Positions 53,129 to 63,140 of a stretch of 64,000 nucleotides of DNA are shown here, in pieces. Origin of the DNA: a virus. A model generated the notes under the pieces. It saw only the letters and a list, made by a program, of their open reading frames with translations. It had not been told where the DNA came from and did not search any database. The position numbers and the translations under genes were made by a program. The stretch lies in the IMG/VR virus record IMGVR_UViG_3300009182_000002, positions 33,730 through 97,729 of that record; one strand, written 5' to 3'. Each line of letters begins with the position of its first letter. Position 1 is the stretch's first letter.

Positions 53129-55772
53129 AAGCCACCGTCAACTCCTTAGATTCAAGTTCCGTCTTGAGCACCTGCGCGAACCTCACTGCCTGCTTGCTGC
53201 TTGCTTCGCCGATTGCGACGTGGACTGTCATGTCCGTTTGGTGGTGGCCCCATTCATGGCGAACTTCCTCAGCCACCTCCGCCGGTAGCACCATCTCATT
53301 CTCGTGGATCTTGGCGATCTGGTCGTCCTCAATCCGCCACGCACCCTTGGAATACTGGTTGTACTTCGAGAACCACTCAGCGTCGTTGTTAACTGTGGTG
53401 TTGTAATTCTTGGTTCCGGACTGCCAACTGTCGCCCCAACCAGAGAAGTCGTGCGTAAATCCTGTCGGGGTAATTCCGCTGATACCCCAGTCAGTCCACT
53501 TGGTGAAGTTGTTAGACAACTTCTTCATAAACTGCCAGTTCTTCTCTGGGTCTTTCATCGTGTACATGTCCGCAGACGCGCCAAACATTGCACGAATACC
53601 ATCAAGGTGAACATTGTTTACTTGGTAAAGCCCAACGTCATAATGGGGTGCTCCGGAATCTTTCGGGTCAAGCACACGACCACTGGGGTTGTAAACTTCG
53701 CTCGGATCTCCCCCGGTCTCTCTCATGCCGATTGTCCAGAGGATTTTGGCAACGTCCTCAGAGACGTTGTGGGCCTTGATGAAGTCTTTGAGCCATTTGG
53801 GACCCTTGCCCGATGGACCGGAGTACGTTCCACTCCCATCTCCGGTGGCGGTGGTTCCCGAAGACGTTGAGTTGACTCCTGCGGGCGAGGGCGCGGGGGG
53901 CTTGTCGTCGTTCCTTACGTGGCCAAGGCTGGCCCATGGCGCGCTGTTCGTAATAACCTGAAGTATCGATTGCGCCTTAGCGGAAATGCCACTGAGGCCA
54001 ACGCTTACGCTGACCCCAAGGAACGCTGGAGAAGATGTGCCGAGGGTTGAGGTGCCGGTGCTGCCAGCGTTGTTGTTGGCTGGTTTTGTTCCCGGAGTTT
54101 GGCTAGTCGTCCCCGTACTTCCCGTGGTTCCTCCTGTGGTTGCCGCTCCAGTGCTGTCTCCGGGAACAGGAGTGTTAGGCACGCCCTGAGACCCACCATC
54201 CCAGTACCGGATGCTCTTCGTGTAGTGAGGCCCGTACCAGCCTGTGAACGCGGTGTTCTGCTCAACGGTGTCCTCGCGCGAGTTTGCCGCGTGGATAATG
54301 GTGTTGCCCCCAGCAAAGATGGCAATGTGGTGGGCACCGTTTCGGTACAGGATGAAGTCTCCCGGCTGCTCCTGTCCGTGCGGGATCTGCTTCGGCTTGG
54401 TGTCCGCTTCGTAGTCTCCCGTGTAGTCCGGTGCGTTAATGCCAAATTGCTTGAGCACCCACCAAGTGAAGGTCGCGCAATCCCAGCCGTTTTGGGGACT
54501 GGCGGACTGCTGTCCACCGGGAAGTGTGGATGAATCAATGTAGGGAACCTTGCCGACGTACTTCCTCGCAAGGCTGACGATCTCTCCACCAGTGACGTAC
54601 TTCTGCGCCCCGATAGCATCGAAGACATCGACAGCGTCGATGTAGCCACCGTTGGCCTTGAGCAAAGCGCCTACAGATCCTACGACCGCGCTTCCCGGTC
54701 CCGTGGACGTGAACCCTTCGTACGCGCTGAGCACGGTTGCGAGACCCTGAAGGGCGTCGCTGAGTATTCCCGCATTCTCGGCCAGCGATGTGAATGCGTC
54801 GTTCATCCCAGCCCCGAGATTCAACCCGGCGGAGTAACCATTCACCAATGAGTTCCGGAAAGCGTTTCCTTTGCGGCTCTCGCTGCTGGAGTAGCGCAGA
54901 CCTGCCGCACGAACGTTCAGGTTGCCGTTGTCGAACCCGAGCGACTTCATGGTCTTGGCGTCGTTCGCTGCGTAGCGTCCCTTGTTAGCGGTTCGCTTGA
55001 AGATTGCGTCCTTGATAAGCATCTGCATTCCGGGGTCTGGGATGTACGACTGGAGCATCAGGTCCATCGCCCCGCCCGGACGAAGTCCCATCTGGATCTG
55101 ATCAGCCGACGGGTTCGCCCCATACACGGTCTTAACAAGGTGGTCTGCGATAGACGCGACGTCCTTCGGGTTGCCCTTCGAGTCAAAGGACTCGAAGCCA
55201 AGCATCCGGAGTCGGTTAGTCATCACTGGGTTAGTGCTCTGCGAGCCGAGGATTCCGGAAACCTGCTCATTGTCAAGACCCGTTGTTAGGGACATCGCCC
55301 CAACTTGACCAAGCATGTTCTGGCCCGCTGCCCCGTATGGGTTGAAGCCCATGTTCGACAGGATGGCTGCGGATCGCTGTGCCGAGCCGACACTGGACTG
55401 GTAGTCGCCGAGGATGTTCTGCGACATTCGGGACAGCCGGTCAAAGTCGCCTGCACCCATGTGACGCCCGGTTGCCAGCGATGCTTGGAACAGAGCCTGC
55501 TGCATATCAACGGCATCAGCCGCCGCTGGCATCATGCCGAGGATTCCACCAGCAGCCGCAGTGCCGATACGGGCAGCCACAGAGCCCGCCGTCATTCCTG
55601 ATCCGCCGCTAGCGAGGATTGGCGGAGGGAACATCGGCATCGGAGCGGGTAGGCCGCCTCCGTCGCTCTTACTCACCTTGCTTTGAAGGTTGGACTTGAT
55701 CTGCGTCAGATCATTGATGATCTCCGCAAAAGCACCGTTGAACACGGTGTCCTTGGGGTGCTGCTCCGTCAT
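53121..55772 (-). CDS. Tape-measure protein paralogue B with NlpC/P60 and lytic transglycosylase-like domains
   Basis: TMP-like helical core; WDCATFT...HHIAI...IIHA; RETGG...GLYQVN. Confidence 0.8.
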   Translation of the reverse strand: MTEQHPKDTVFNGAFAEIINDLTQIKSNLQSKVSKSDGGGLPAPMPMFPPPILASGGSGMTAGSVAARIGTAAAGGILGMMPAAADAVDMQQALFQASLATGRHMGAGDFDRLSRMSQNILGDYQSSVGSAQRSAAILSNMGFNPYGAAGQNMLGQVGAMSLTTGLDNEQVSGILGSQSTNPVMTNRLRMLGFESFDSKGNPKDVASIADHLVKTVYGANPSADQIQMGLRPGGAMDLMLQSYIPDPGMQMLIKDAIFKRTANKGRYAANDAKTMKSLGFDNGNLNVRAAGLRYSSSESRKGNAFRNSLVNGYSAGLNLGAGMNDAFTSLAENAGILSDALQGLATVLSAYEGFTSTGPGSAVVGSVGALLKANGGYIDAVDVFDAIGAQKYVTGGEIVSLARKYVGKVPYIDSSTLPGGQQSASPQNGWDCATFTWWVLKQFGINAPDYTGDYEADTKPKQIPHGQEQPGDFILYRNGAHHIAIFAGGNTIIHAANSREDTVEQNTAFTGWYGPHYTKSIRYWDGGSQGVPNTPVPGDSTGAATTGGTTGSTGTTSQTPGTKPANNNAGSTGTSTLGTSSPAFLGVSVSVGLSGISAKAQSILQVITNSAPWASLGHVRNDDKPPAPSPAGVNSTSSGTTATGDGSGTYSGPSGKGPKWLKDFIKAHNVSEDVAKILWTIGMRETGGDPSEVYNPSGRVLDPKDSGAPHYDVGLYQVNNVHLDGIRAMFGASADMYTMKDPEKNWQFMKKLSNNFTKWTDWGISGITPTGFTHDFSGWGDSWQSGTKNYNTTVNNDAEWFSKYNQYSKGAWRIEDDQIAKIHENEMVLPAEVAEEVRHEWGHHQTDMTVHVAIGEASSKQAVRFAQVLKTELESKELTVAYG

Positions 55773-58651
55773 CAGAGATGCCCGCCTCCGATGCGGTCGA
55801 GCATGCTGTCCTCATCAAGCATCTGCTTGACCTTGCGGGCCACTCGCCGAGCATCGTCGTCCGTAGCCTTAGCAACAGACAGGTTGATAACAACGTTGTT
55901 CCCGATCTTGCTAGGCGACGAAGTCTGGCCGGCTCGAGACTCGCGCATCACGGTTCGCACTGCCTCGGCGGCAGGTGCCGGAAGGATCATCTCGTTCTGG
56001 TGGATGTTCGCGATCTGATCCTTGTCGATGCGCCACGCACCCTTTGAGAAACCTTGGTGCCAGTCGGGGTGCGCGTCGTAGTCTGCCAGTCCTTTTGAGT
56101 ACTCGGAAGAGGTGCCTGAGTAGGCGTTCCAATCATTCCAACCGTTGTATTTGGGGTCACTTTTGGTCAAGAAGCCGATGTGCGCGTTGTACGCGGGATC
56201 AAAGATCTTGGCCGGGGTGTAGTCAACGGTTTCACCGCCTGCGGTCTTGTTGGTCACATCATTCATTTGGAACAGGCCAAAATCCGTAGAACCGGCCCAT
56301 TCTCCGCTGGTGTTCTTGTGGGTGATGTTTGGATTTCCTCCCGACTCTCCAAGCACCACTCCGTAGGCGGTTCTCAGGTCTCCTCCTGAGAACCCGGTGT
56401 CGTGAAGAAGTTTCACCAAGTTGGCTCCGGACAATGTCCCAGAACCGTAGTTTCCTGATGCAACTCCGGGAGTGGCAGTCGAGTTGGCAGCACCAACACT
56501 TTGCGACGACGTTCCTTGATTTACTCCAAGCGATGCATAGCCCGGGTCTACTCCGATGGCGCTGAGGATGCTTTGGGCTTTGCCGCTTGTTCCACTCAAC
56601 CCGCTTCCGACGTTCACGCCAGTGAACTGCGGTGCAATCCCAGTGATGATGGGAGTTGACGAGGTGTTGGCGCTAGCAACAGTGGTGTTGGATGTCGATG
56701 CGCTGGACGCACTGCCCGTGTCGTTGGGTCCATTGATTCCGGGGGCGATGAAGACGTGCATCTCGTCCACGGCCTTGCCGTAGTCGCCGCCCCAACCCAA
56801 CTTGCCGCTGAACCCAGCCAAGATCTTGTGAGCCTCTGCCTGTTGCTCAGAAGACATGTAGTGCTTGCCAATGCCAGTGCTCTCGTCAGGGGCCTGCAAG
56901 ACGTCGTAACGGATATCGACAGCGTAACCAGCGTGGTCTGAAATCTTGTCCTTGGTCATGCGACCCGGACGGTACTCCCACGAGTCGAGAGGTCCCTTGG
57001 TCAAGGTGAGCGGACCAGCGCCGTTGTTACCAAGGAGTGGGTCTTCCTGCCATTGCTTAAGGAAGTCTTGGAAGATCGGACCAGCCCAGTCGGCAACCGT
57101 GATGCTGCGACCACCGGCAACGCTGAACGTTTTGAGGTGCGGATCGCCGTCTTGCAAGGCGGGGTGACCAGAGATCGTTAGACCTCCGTCAGCGAACCGC
57201 TTTGCGTTCAGGCTCTTGAAGAGATCCACGCCGTACTTCTGCACAGCGTCCGCCTGCACGACGAACTCTCCGTCGCTGAGTAGCGCGGGAATCTTGTCGC
57301 CCTTAGGACCACCGGGACCCCGAATCGTGCCGCCGCCAGCGTGACCAACCATCTTGAGCAGGCTGGTGATCGCGCTCCCGCCGGGAACCATGCTGAGCAT
57401 CCCGGCAATAGCCTGACCGGGACCAGTGCCCAAGAAGCCAGAGCCGAACCCGCTGACCGTTGCCAAGCCCTGAAGCAAATCGCTGATGATGCCGACGTTC
57501 GTAGCAAGTTCTGTGAACGCATCGTTCAGGCTCGATGCCGCGTCAAGACCGGCGCTGAATCCATTGACAGAAGAGTTACGGAAGGCATTGCTCTTACGAC
57601 TCTCACTGCTGGCGTAATTCATACCAGCGCCTCGCGGGTTGAGGCGGTCGTTGGTAAGCCCGAGTTTCCCGGCAGTCGTAGCATCGTTAGCCGTGTACTG
57701 GCCGTTGTTCAAGGCTTGCTTGAACATGTTGTCCTTGACCAACTGCTGCATCCCGGGATCGGGGATGTAGGACTGGAGCATCAGGTCAAGAGCGCCGCCG
57801 GGCCGAAGACCCATTTGGATCTGCTCTGGTTTGGGACTGTTTCCGTATACGACCTTGACAATGTGCTTAGCAATGGACGCAACGTCCTTTGGGTTGCCAG
57901 CAGAGTCAAACGTCTCGAAACCGATCATCCGCATGCGGTTGGTCATCACGGAGTTCGTGCTCTGGGTCGCGAGCGTTCCGGAGACCTGCTCGTTGGACAT
58001 GCCGGTCGTCAGCGAGATCGCGCCGACCTGACCGAGCATCTTCTGACCGGCAGCGCCGTAGGGATTGAACCCGAACTGCGAGACGATAGCGGCGGAACGC
58101 TGAGCGGAACCAATAGACGTCTGCATGTTGCCGAAGTTCGACTGGGTCATCCTCGACAACCTGTCGAAGTCACCGGCACCCATGTGGCGACCAGTGGCCA
58201 TAGACGCTTGGAAGAGCGCCTGCTGCATGTCAACGCCGTTGGCGGTGTCCGGCATCATGCCGAGAATGCCACCGCCGACAGCCGTGATACCACGAAGCGC
58301 GGCGGATGCGGGGGTGATGCTGCCGAGGCCGAGGCCTCCACCACCACCACCCTGCACGGGAGACGGGGGCAAGCCCATGGGCGGAGGAAGACCGCCGACA
58401 GGAGACCCGTTCGGAGGAGGCGGACCACCGCCCGTACCACCCGGGTTGTTGAAGGGGCTTGGTGCGATGGGCGTGCTGATTGCCCCAGTGCCCACAGGCT
58501 GACCGTTAGCCTGACCGGTACCGCCAGATCCGGTGGCGTTCTTGATGTTGGAAGACCACGTCTTAGCAGCGGTTCCGCTGTTGTTGAGCAGGTCGTTGAT
58601 GTCGTGAAGCAGTTGTTTGATCTGCTTCAGATCATCAATGTGAGTGCTCAT
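55772..58651 (-). CDS. Tape-measure protein paralogue A with M15 peptidase and lytic transglycosylase-like domains
   Basis: Follows the chaperone; HAGGG..GPG...D.IPA.LSDGEFV; SDH.G.AVD, WGG...DEMH; ESGG...GLFQMN. Confidence 0.85.
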   Translation of the reverse strand: MSTHIDDLKQIKQLLHDINDLLNNSGTAAKTWSSNIKNATGSGGTGQANGQPVGTGAISTPIAPSPFNNPGGTGGGPPPPNGSPVGGLPPPMGLPPSPVQGGGGGGLGLGSITPASAALRGITAVGGGILGMMPDTANGVDMQQALFQASMATGRHMGAGDFDRLSRMTQSNFGNMQTSIGSAQRSAAIVSQFGFNPYGAAGQKMLGQVGAISLTTGMSNEQVSGTLATQSTNSVMTNRMRMIGFETFDSAGNPKDVASIAKHIVKVVYGNSPKPEQIQMGLRPGGALDLMLQSYIPDPGMQQLVKDNMFKQALNNGQYTANDATTAGKLGLTNDRLNPRGAGMNYASSESRKSNAFRNSSVNGFSAGLDAASSLNDAFTELATNVGIISDLLQGLATVSGFGSGFLGTGPGQAIAGMLSMVPGGSAITSLLKMVGHAGGGTIRGPGGPKGDKIPALLSDGEFVVQADAVQKYGVDLFKSLNAKRFADGGLTISGHPALQDGDPHLKTFSVAGGRSITVADWAGPIFQDFLKQWQEDPLLGNNGAGPLTLTKGPLDSWEYRPGRMTKDKISDHAGYAVDIRYDVLQAPDESTGIGKHYMSSEQQAEAHKILAGFSGKLGWGGDYGKAVDEMHVFIAPGINGPNDTGSASSASTSNTTVASANTSSTPIITGIAPQFTGVNVGSGLSGTSGKAQSILSAIGVDPGYASLGVNQGTSSQSVGAANSTATPGVASGNYGSGTLSGANLVKLLHDTGFSGGDLRTAYGVVLGESGGNPNITHKNTSGEWAGSTDFGLFQMNDVTNKTAGGETVDYTPAKIFDPAYNAHIGFLTKSDPKYNGWNDWNAYSGTSSEYSKGLADYDAHPDWHQGFSKGAWRIDKDQIANIHQNEMILPAPAAEAVRTVMRESRAGQTSSPSKIGNNVVINLSVAKATDDDARRVARKVKQMLDEDSMLDRIGGGHL

Positions 58652-58818
58652 GCGGACCTTCCTCTACGACTACGTCTAGCAACGGCTCTTTGCAGCCACT
58701 CGTACCTCTCCCTAGGGGAGAGGGCCCTGATATCGCTCAGGGTCCATCCGGGGTATGCGACAGAGATTGCTTCGTAGGAATCGAGTAGGTTCGCGTATTC
58801 GGTTAAATCAGAGGCGAA
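58648..58818 (-). CDS. Frameshift extension of the tail assembly chaperone (gpGT-like)
   Basis: 57-codon +1 frame (..YPGWTLSDIRALSPRER.EW..) with no ATG/GTG/TTG; stop overlaps the TMP ATG. Confidence 0.7.
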   Translation of the reverse strand, partial: FASDLTEYANLLDSYEAISVAYPGWTLSDIRALSPRERYEWLQRAVARRSRRGRSA

Positions 58819-59617
58819 ACAAGGCTGCCATCGCGAACGGCAGGCTCATCTCCTCTTCGCAGTGCTGACACTTCTTGGTGATCTCGCCGAGGCGGGGTCC
58901 AGTAACCCGCTTGGCAATCTCTTCTACGATTTTCTCTCGGTCTCGGATGCTCAACTTCCGAACCTGTCCTGCGCCCATAACGGGAAGCCCATTGATCTCC
59001 GTCACGCACGACTCAAGCAACGCCGTGTTGAGTTCCGAGTTGGTCTTATCAACGGCATCGAGGATCTTCCGCTGGGTAGCGCCGGTAGGAAGAGTGACCT
59101 CGACCGGGCCGATCTTGCAGTTGACCTCGAAGTTCCTATCGCCCGGGTTCTCCATCACACGAACCGGAACGTCCTCAACGAGGTCGATGGTCAGGTCCTG
59201 AGACTCGTTGCAGGAAGGGCAGGTGACCGAGACGTCCACCGTGGGGCCGAAGGTTGCGCGACGGATTCCGAGCAAGAGGTCGTCTCGGTCTCCAGACAGG
59301 AGCATGTCCAGCATCTGACCGTTCGGCTTGTTATCTCCGAGGCGGACTACTCCGCGCTGAAGAATTGCCGACAGGAACTTTCCGGTTCCCTGAGTCTTGG
59401 AGATGTACTCCTCGTCCTCACCGTTGAGTTCCCGGACCTCGCACTCCCTAACAACCTCGCCCTTGTCGTTGACGAAACCGCCGGACAGTGTGACGAAGGT
59501 GTCGGGGAGTTCAGTAGCGACGATGCTGGGGATTTCGGTGTCGTCCTCAGCAAGGGCCTTAGCAACCATCTCGTTGATAAGGTCCGGGCTGTCCACTGCG
59601 TTCACGGTGTTATTCAC
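58808..59617 (-). CDS. Tail assembly chaperone / T4 gp26-like
   Basis: RELNGEDEE, GDR..LL..IR..TFG, CPSC, C..C; lies between tube and TMP. Confidence 0.8.
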   Translation of the reverse strand: MNNTVNAVDSPDLINEMVAKALAEDDTEIPSIVATELPDTFVTLSGGFVNDKGEVVRECEVRELNGEDEEYISKTQGTGKFLSAILQRGVVRLGDNKPNGQMLDMLLSGDRDDLLLGIRRATFGPTVDVSVTCPSCNESQDLTIDLVEDVPVRVMENPGDRNFEVNCKIGPVEVTLPTGATQRKILDAVDKTNSELNTALLESCVTEINGLPVMGAGQVRKLSIRDREKIVEEIAKRVTGPRLGEITKKCQHCEEEMSLPFAMAALFRL

Positions 59618-59658
59618 TGTTGTTAGTCCTTTTGAAGATCTTGACGGGTGTTATGAAA

Positions 59659-60246
59659 TTAAGAGGGGAAAGTAGTGGAGGCGTTACCGGTTGCGTAGTT
59701 ATCAGCCCACGTCATCTCGAATCCCTCGTGGACAACAGACATCTGCTCCACCATGAGGGCGTTGTCGCCAGCGTTCAGGTCTGAGTAGGCCACCGAGGTG
59801 ATCCATGCGTTGTAAACCTTGAACCGCAGCGCCACGTTGTTGGTGTCGTTGTGACCCGGGTGCTTCAACACCGAGATGTCGATGGTGGTCCGGAACTGAC
59901 CCTTGGACGTGTTGGTACCGGCGGAGATGTCGAACAGACGCTTCATCCATAGCCAGTTCTGGTTAGTACCAAGAACGACACCGCGAGTGAAAGTCAAAGG
60001 TGAGAAACTTGTCTGACCCGGAATCTGATGTACATTAGTGTTATAGCCTCCCTCGCGGTAAGGGATAGACTCCGTTGTAACAGTCAAACCACTGATCTGA
60101 GTGAAACCAATGCTGGTATCCAACTTGACCGCTGCGGCGTTGCTGCCCGGGTCAGAGATGTTGGTGAACTTGGCGAGGAACCGGAAATTCCGTACGGGGT
60201 CAGTCTCCAGACTTGACCGAAGATTGACGTAATTAGGCGTGGCCAC
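59659..60246 (-). CDS. Tail tube protein (T4 gp19-like)
   Basis: DP.RNFRF, GF..ISGL, YREGG, PG, LTFTRG, NAW, HEG. Confidence 0.93.
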   Translation of the reverse strand: MATPNYVNLRSSLETDPVRNFRFLAKFTNISDPGSNAAAVKLDTSIGFTQISGLTVTTESIPYREGGYNTNVHQIPGQTSFSPLTFTRGVVLGTNQNWLWMKRLFDISAGTNTSKGQFRTTIDISVLKHPGHNDTNNVALRFKVYNAWITSVAYSDLNAGDNALMVEQMSVVHEGFEMTWADNYATGNASTTFPS

Positions 60247-60267
60247 GGTTGCTATCTCCTTGCTTGA

Positions 60268-63075
60268 TTACTGGACGTTGATAGAGGTAGCACCGTCGAA
60301 CTGACCGATGCGGATGATGACAAACTCTGCGGGAGTCTGAAGAGCAACGCCGACCTCGATATTCAACTCACCGTCAGCGAGCGACGTGACGGTGTTGTTG
60401 GCTGCGTCGCACTTGACGAAGTAGGCCTCGTCCTGCGTCGCTCCCTTCAAACCACCCTGCTGCCACAACTCACGGAGATAGGTGCCGCAGATATTGCGGA
60501 CCTGCTCCCACAGACGGTCATCGTTGGGCTCGAAGACTGCGAAGGCCGTGAGATCAGCCAGACGCTTCTTTGCCTGAAGCATCGTGCGCCGGGTCGAGAC
60601 GTACTTCATGCGACGGTCGGCACCGACGTTGCGGGCACCCATGACGCAGAAGCCAGCGCCGGGAACCTGACGGATCACGTTCACCGGAGTGAGCGCGGTG
60701 TTCAGCGCGTCGAGATCCGACGAGGAGAACTGGCGCTCCATGGAGATCACGTTGTTAAGGCTCGCGCCGAGACCGGCGGGGGCCTTGAACACTCCACGAG
60801 ATGCATCCGTCTGGAGGATCAGGCCAACAACCGATCCGCCCGGCGGAACCTTGCGCGTGGCGGGGGTACCGGATGAGACCGGGTCAGCGATGTTGACCCA
60901 CGGGTAGTAGATCGCCGCGTTGTTCGACTTCGGCGTGATATCAGCCGCGAATGACTGAGCCGAGGTGGAGTCAAGCAACGCCGGGGTGTCAACCACGACG
61001 AACGAGTCGCCACGGCTGTCAGCGACTGCGATGACGGCGGCGTAGACCGCGCGGCAGTCCGCAGACGAAAGAGCGGCAGCGTCAGGGAAGTTGTAGATCA
61101 GGTTGTTGCCGATGGTGTCAAAGTCATCGGCAGCGTTGATCAGGTCGGTCTTGGTGATGCCACTTCCCTCAAGGGTTCCCGAGGTGTTCACCGTGGTGCG
61201 GACACCAGTGACAGAACCGCTCAGCCCGTTCTGCAAAGCGAGGGTGTAGGTGGCGGTAGCAGCCGAGAGTGCAGCGAAGGAACTCGGGCTCGTCAGCGTC
61301 GTGCCGAACTGCATGGCAGGTGCGAGGGTGACGGTGGCCACCGAACCGACCGTGGCATCGATGATCGCGCTGGCGTTAAGCGTGACCGCGTACGACGAGA
61401 CGGTACCGGCAGCGCTAGCCTGAGCAACACCGCTGGTGTTGCTGATCGTGAAAGTCGTGCTGGTCGGAACCGTGAGAACCGTGAACGAACCGCTGTTGGC
61501 GGCGTTCGTGGTGCTCGCGACAACGACCTGAGCACCGACGAACAGGTTGTGCGCGGCAGCGGTGGTGTAGGTAACTGTCGGAGTGGAGAAGGCGATGGAC
61601 GAAACGTTCACCGTCGTGGTGGTCGCAGTAGAGACGAACGAGTTCGAGTTCAGGGCCGAGGTACCAGCCGAGCGAACAGCGGTCACAGGCTGGCCAACCC
61701 AGAACTTGCCGATGTCGCCGCTAGCAACCGTGATCGCGTTGCTAGCGCCACCAACCGAACTACCGGTAACCGCAACCGAAGTAGCCGACTGAGTCACAGC
61801 GGTCAGGGTGCGGGCGGTGGTGTCGAAGTTGGCGTCGCTGGTGCCAGCAATCGTGATCTGGTCGCTGACTCGGAAAGCGTGGTTGCTGCTCGTTCCGACC
61901 ACACCACCAGTGGTCAGCGAGATTTTGCAGTTGAGCGAAGACTGGATCACCTTGCTGAACGAGAACGAGGTGCTACCCGAAACACCGGTTACGGTGTAGG
62001 TGCCGTTCAGCGAGGCGCTACCGGGGAGACCGGTGTTTGGAGACGTGATATTGACGCCGGTAACAGTGACCACATCGTTGGCCTGAAGAGCGTGCCCGGA
62101 AGCAGTCAGCGTGGCCACACCAGCGCCAGAGACGATGGCGGAGGTCACGGACACCGAGGACAGGTTCGTCACCGAGTAGGGCTTGGAAAGGCCCAGCGGG
62201 ATCGAGGAGGTGGCGGGAGAGCGGTAGACGCTCTTGCTGCCGGTGGTCGGGGCGACGAAGCCGGATGGGCGGCTGAGCACTACGTACTTGGAAGCAGGGT
62301 TCACTACCGAGATTGCGTAGCGGTCGGATGCCGGGTTCAACGAGATGTCGTTGAACTTCTCCACGAGGTAGCCGTTGGTAACGCCGTTGAAGAAGACCGA
62401 CAGTGAGAAGACCTCGCTGGAAGCCGCGACGTAGGCACCGGTCGGAGTCGTGTCGCCAACGTTGCTAGCGGCAGTCGCGAAGGTGAAAGTGGTCGAGGTG
62501 ACTCCGGTGACCGCAACCTCTCCGTACAGACCGGTGGTGCTGATGCCGCCGACGTTGACAACGTCGCCAGCGCTGAGTCCGTGAGGGATCGTCGTGGTCA
62601 TGGTGGCAACGCCGTTGTCCACGCGGTAGGTGGAGATGTTGGTGCGGGGCGTGGTGTCCTGAACCTGAACGGCGATACCGGAGCCGTTAGGAGAGGCGAT
62701 GGCCCAGTCGCCGGGGCTCGACGCGGTCACCATCAGGATGTCCTGCGGAGTCGCGGTGCCATCGTTGAGGGTGATCATCGCGGACGTGGAGTCCGAGGCG
62801 GCGACGCGGTCTACGTAGCAACCGCGACCACCGTTGCCAAAGAACTGGTAAACGGCGTAAGCAAGCCAGTAGGGGTTGCCGGACGAGTCCTTGAAACCTC
62901 CGAAGAGGCGCGAGAACTCGGTCCACGAGGACACGAAGGTCGGGGTGCTGACCGGGCCGCGCTCCGCGCGCCCGGCGAATGCGCCCACGGAAACGTCAAG
63001 GCCGAGAGCCTGAATCTGCTGCGGGAGCAGGACCTCCTCGACAAAGGTGCCGGGGCGGCGGTAGTTGCTAGCCAT
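60268..63075 (-). CDS. Contractile tail sheath protein with inserted beta-domain repeats
   Basis: Y.RPG.FVEE, G.A.RGP...P, FF.NGG, YYPW, RGV.KAPAG, VFEPND..LW, PAEFV. Confidence 0.95.
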   Translation of the reverse strand: MASNYRRPGTFVEEVLLPQQIQALGLDVSVGAFAGRAERGPVSTPTFVSSWTEFSRLFGGFKDSSGNPYWLAYAVYQFFGNGGRGCYVDRVAASDSTSAMITLNDGTATPQDILMVTASSPGDWAIASPNGSGIAVQVQDTTPRTNISTYRVDNGVATMTTTIPHGLSAGDVVNVGGISTTGLYGEVAVTGVTSTTFTFATAASNVGDTTPTGAYVAASSEVFSLSVFFNGVTNGYLVEKFNDISLNPASDRYAISVVNPASKYVVLSRPSGFVAPTTGSKSVYRSPATSSIPLGLSKPYSVTNLSSVSVTSAIVSGAGVATLTASGHALQANDVVTVTGVNITSPNTGLPGSASLNGTYTVTGVSGSTSFSFSKVIQSSLNCKISLTTGGVVGTSSNHAFRVSDQITIAGTSDANFDTTARTLTAVTQSATSVAVTGSSVGGASNAITVASGDIGKFWVGQPVTAVRSAGTSALNSNSFVSTATTTTVNVSSIAFSTPTVTYTTAAAHNLFVGAQVVVASTTNAANSGSFTVLTVPTSTTFTISNTSGVAQASAAGTVSSYAVTLNASAIIDATVGSVATVTLAPAMQFGTTLTSPSSFAALSAATATYTLALQNGLSGSVTGVRTTVNTSGTLEGSGITKTDLINAADDFDTIGNNLIYNFPDAAALSSADCRAVYAAVIAVADSRGDSFVVVDTPALLDSTSAQSFAADITPKSNNAAIYYPWVNIADPVSSGTPATRKVPPGGSVVGLILQTDASRGVFKAPAGLGASLNNVISMERQFSSSDLDALNTALTPVNVIRQVPGAGFCVMGARNVGADRRMKYVSTRRTMLQAKKRLADLTAFAVFEPNDDRLWEQVRNICGTYLRELWQQGGLKGATQDEAYFVKCDAANNTVTSLADGELNIEVGVALQTPAEFVIIRIGQFDGATSINVQ

Positions 63076-63140
63076 CTGGATGGTCTCCTAAATCAGTCTG
63101 GTATTTGGGGGGTGCCGTGGAGGTGTCAGTTGGTTGCGAC

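Noticed and set aside
57341-58777. 478-aa plus-strand ORF (similarly 61549-62406 and 28816-29628)
   Set aside because: Antisense shadows of GC3-rich genes; no motifs or RBS
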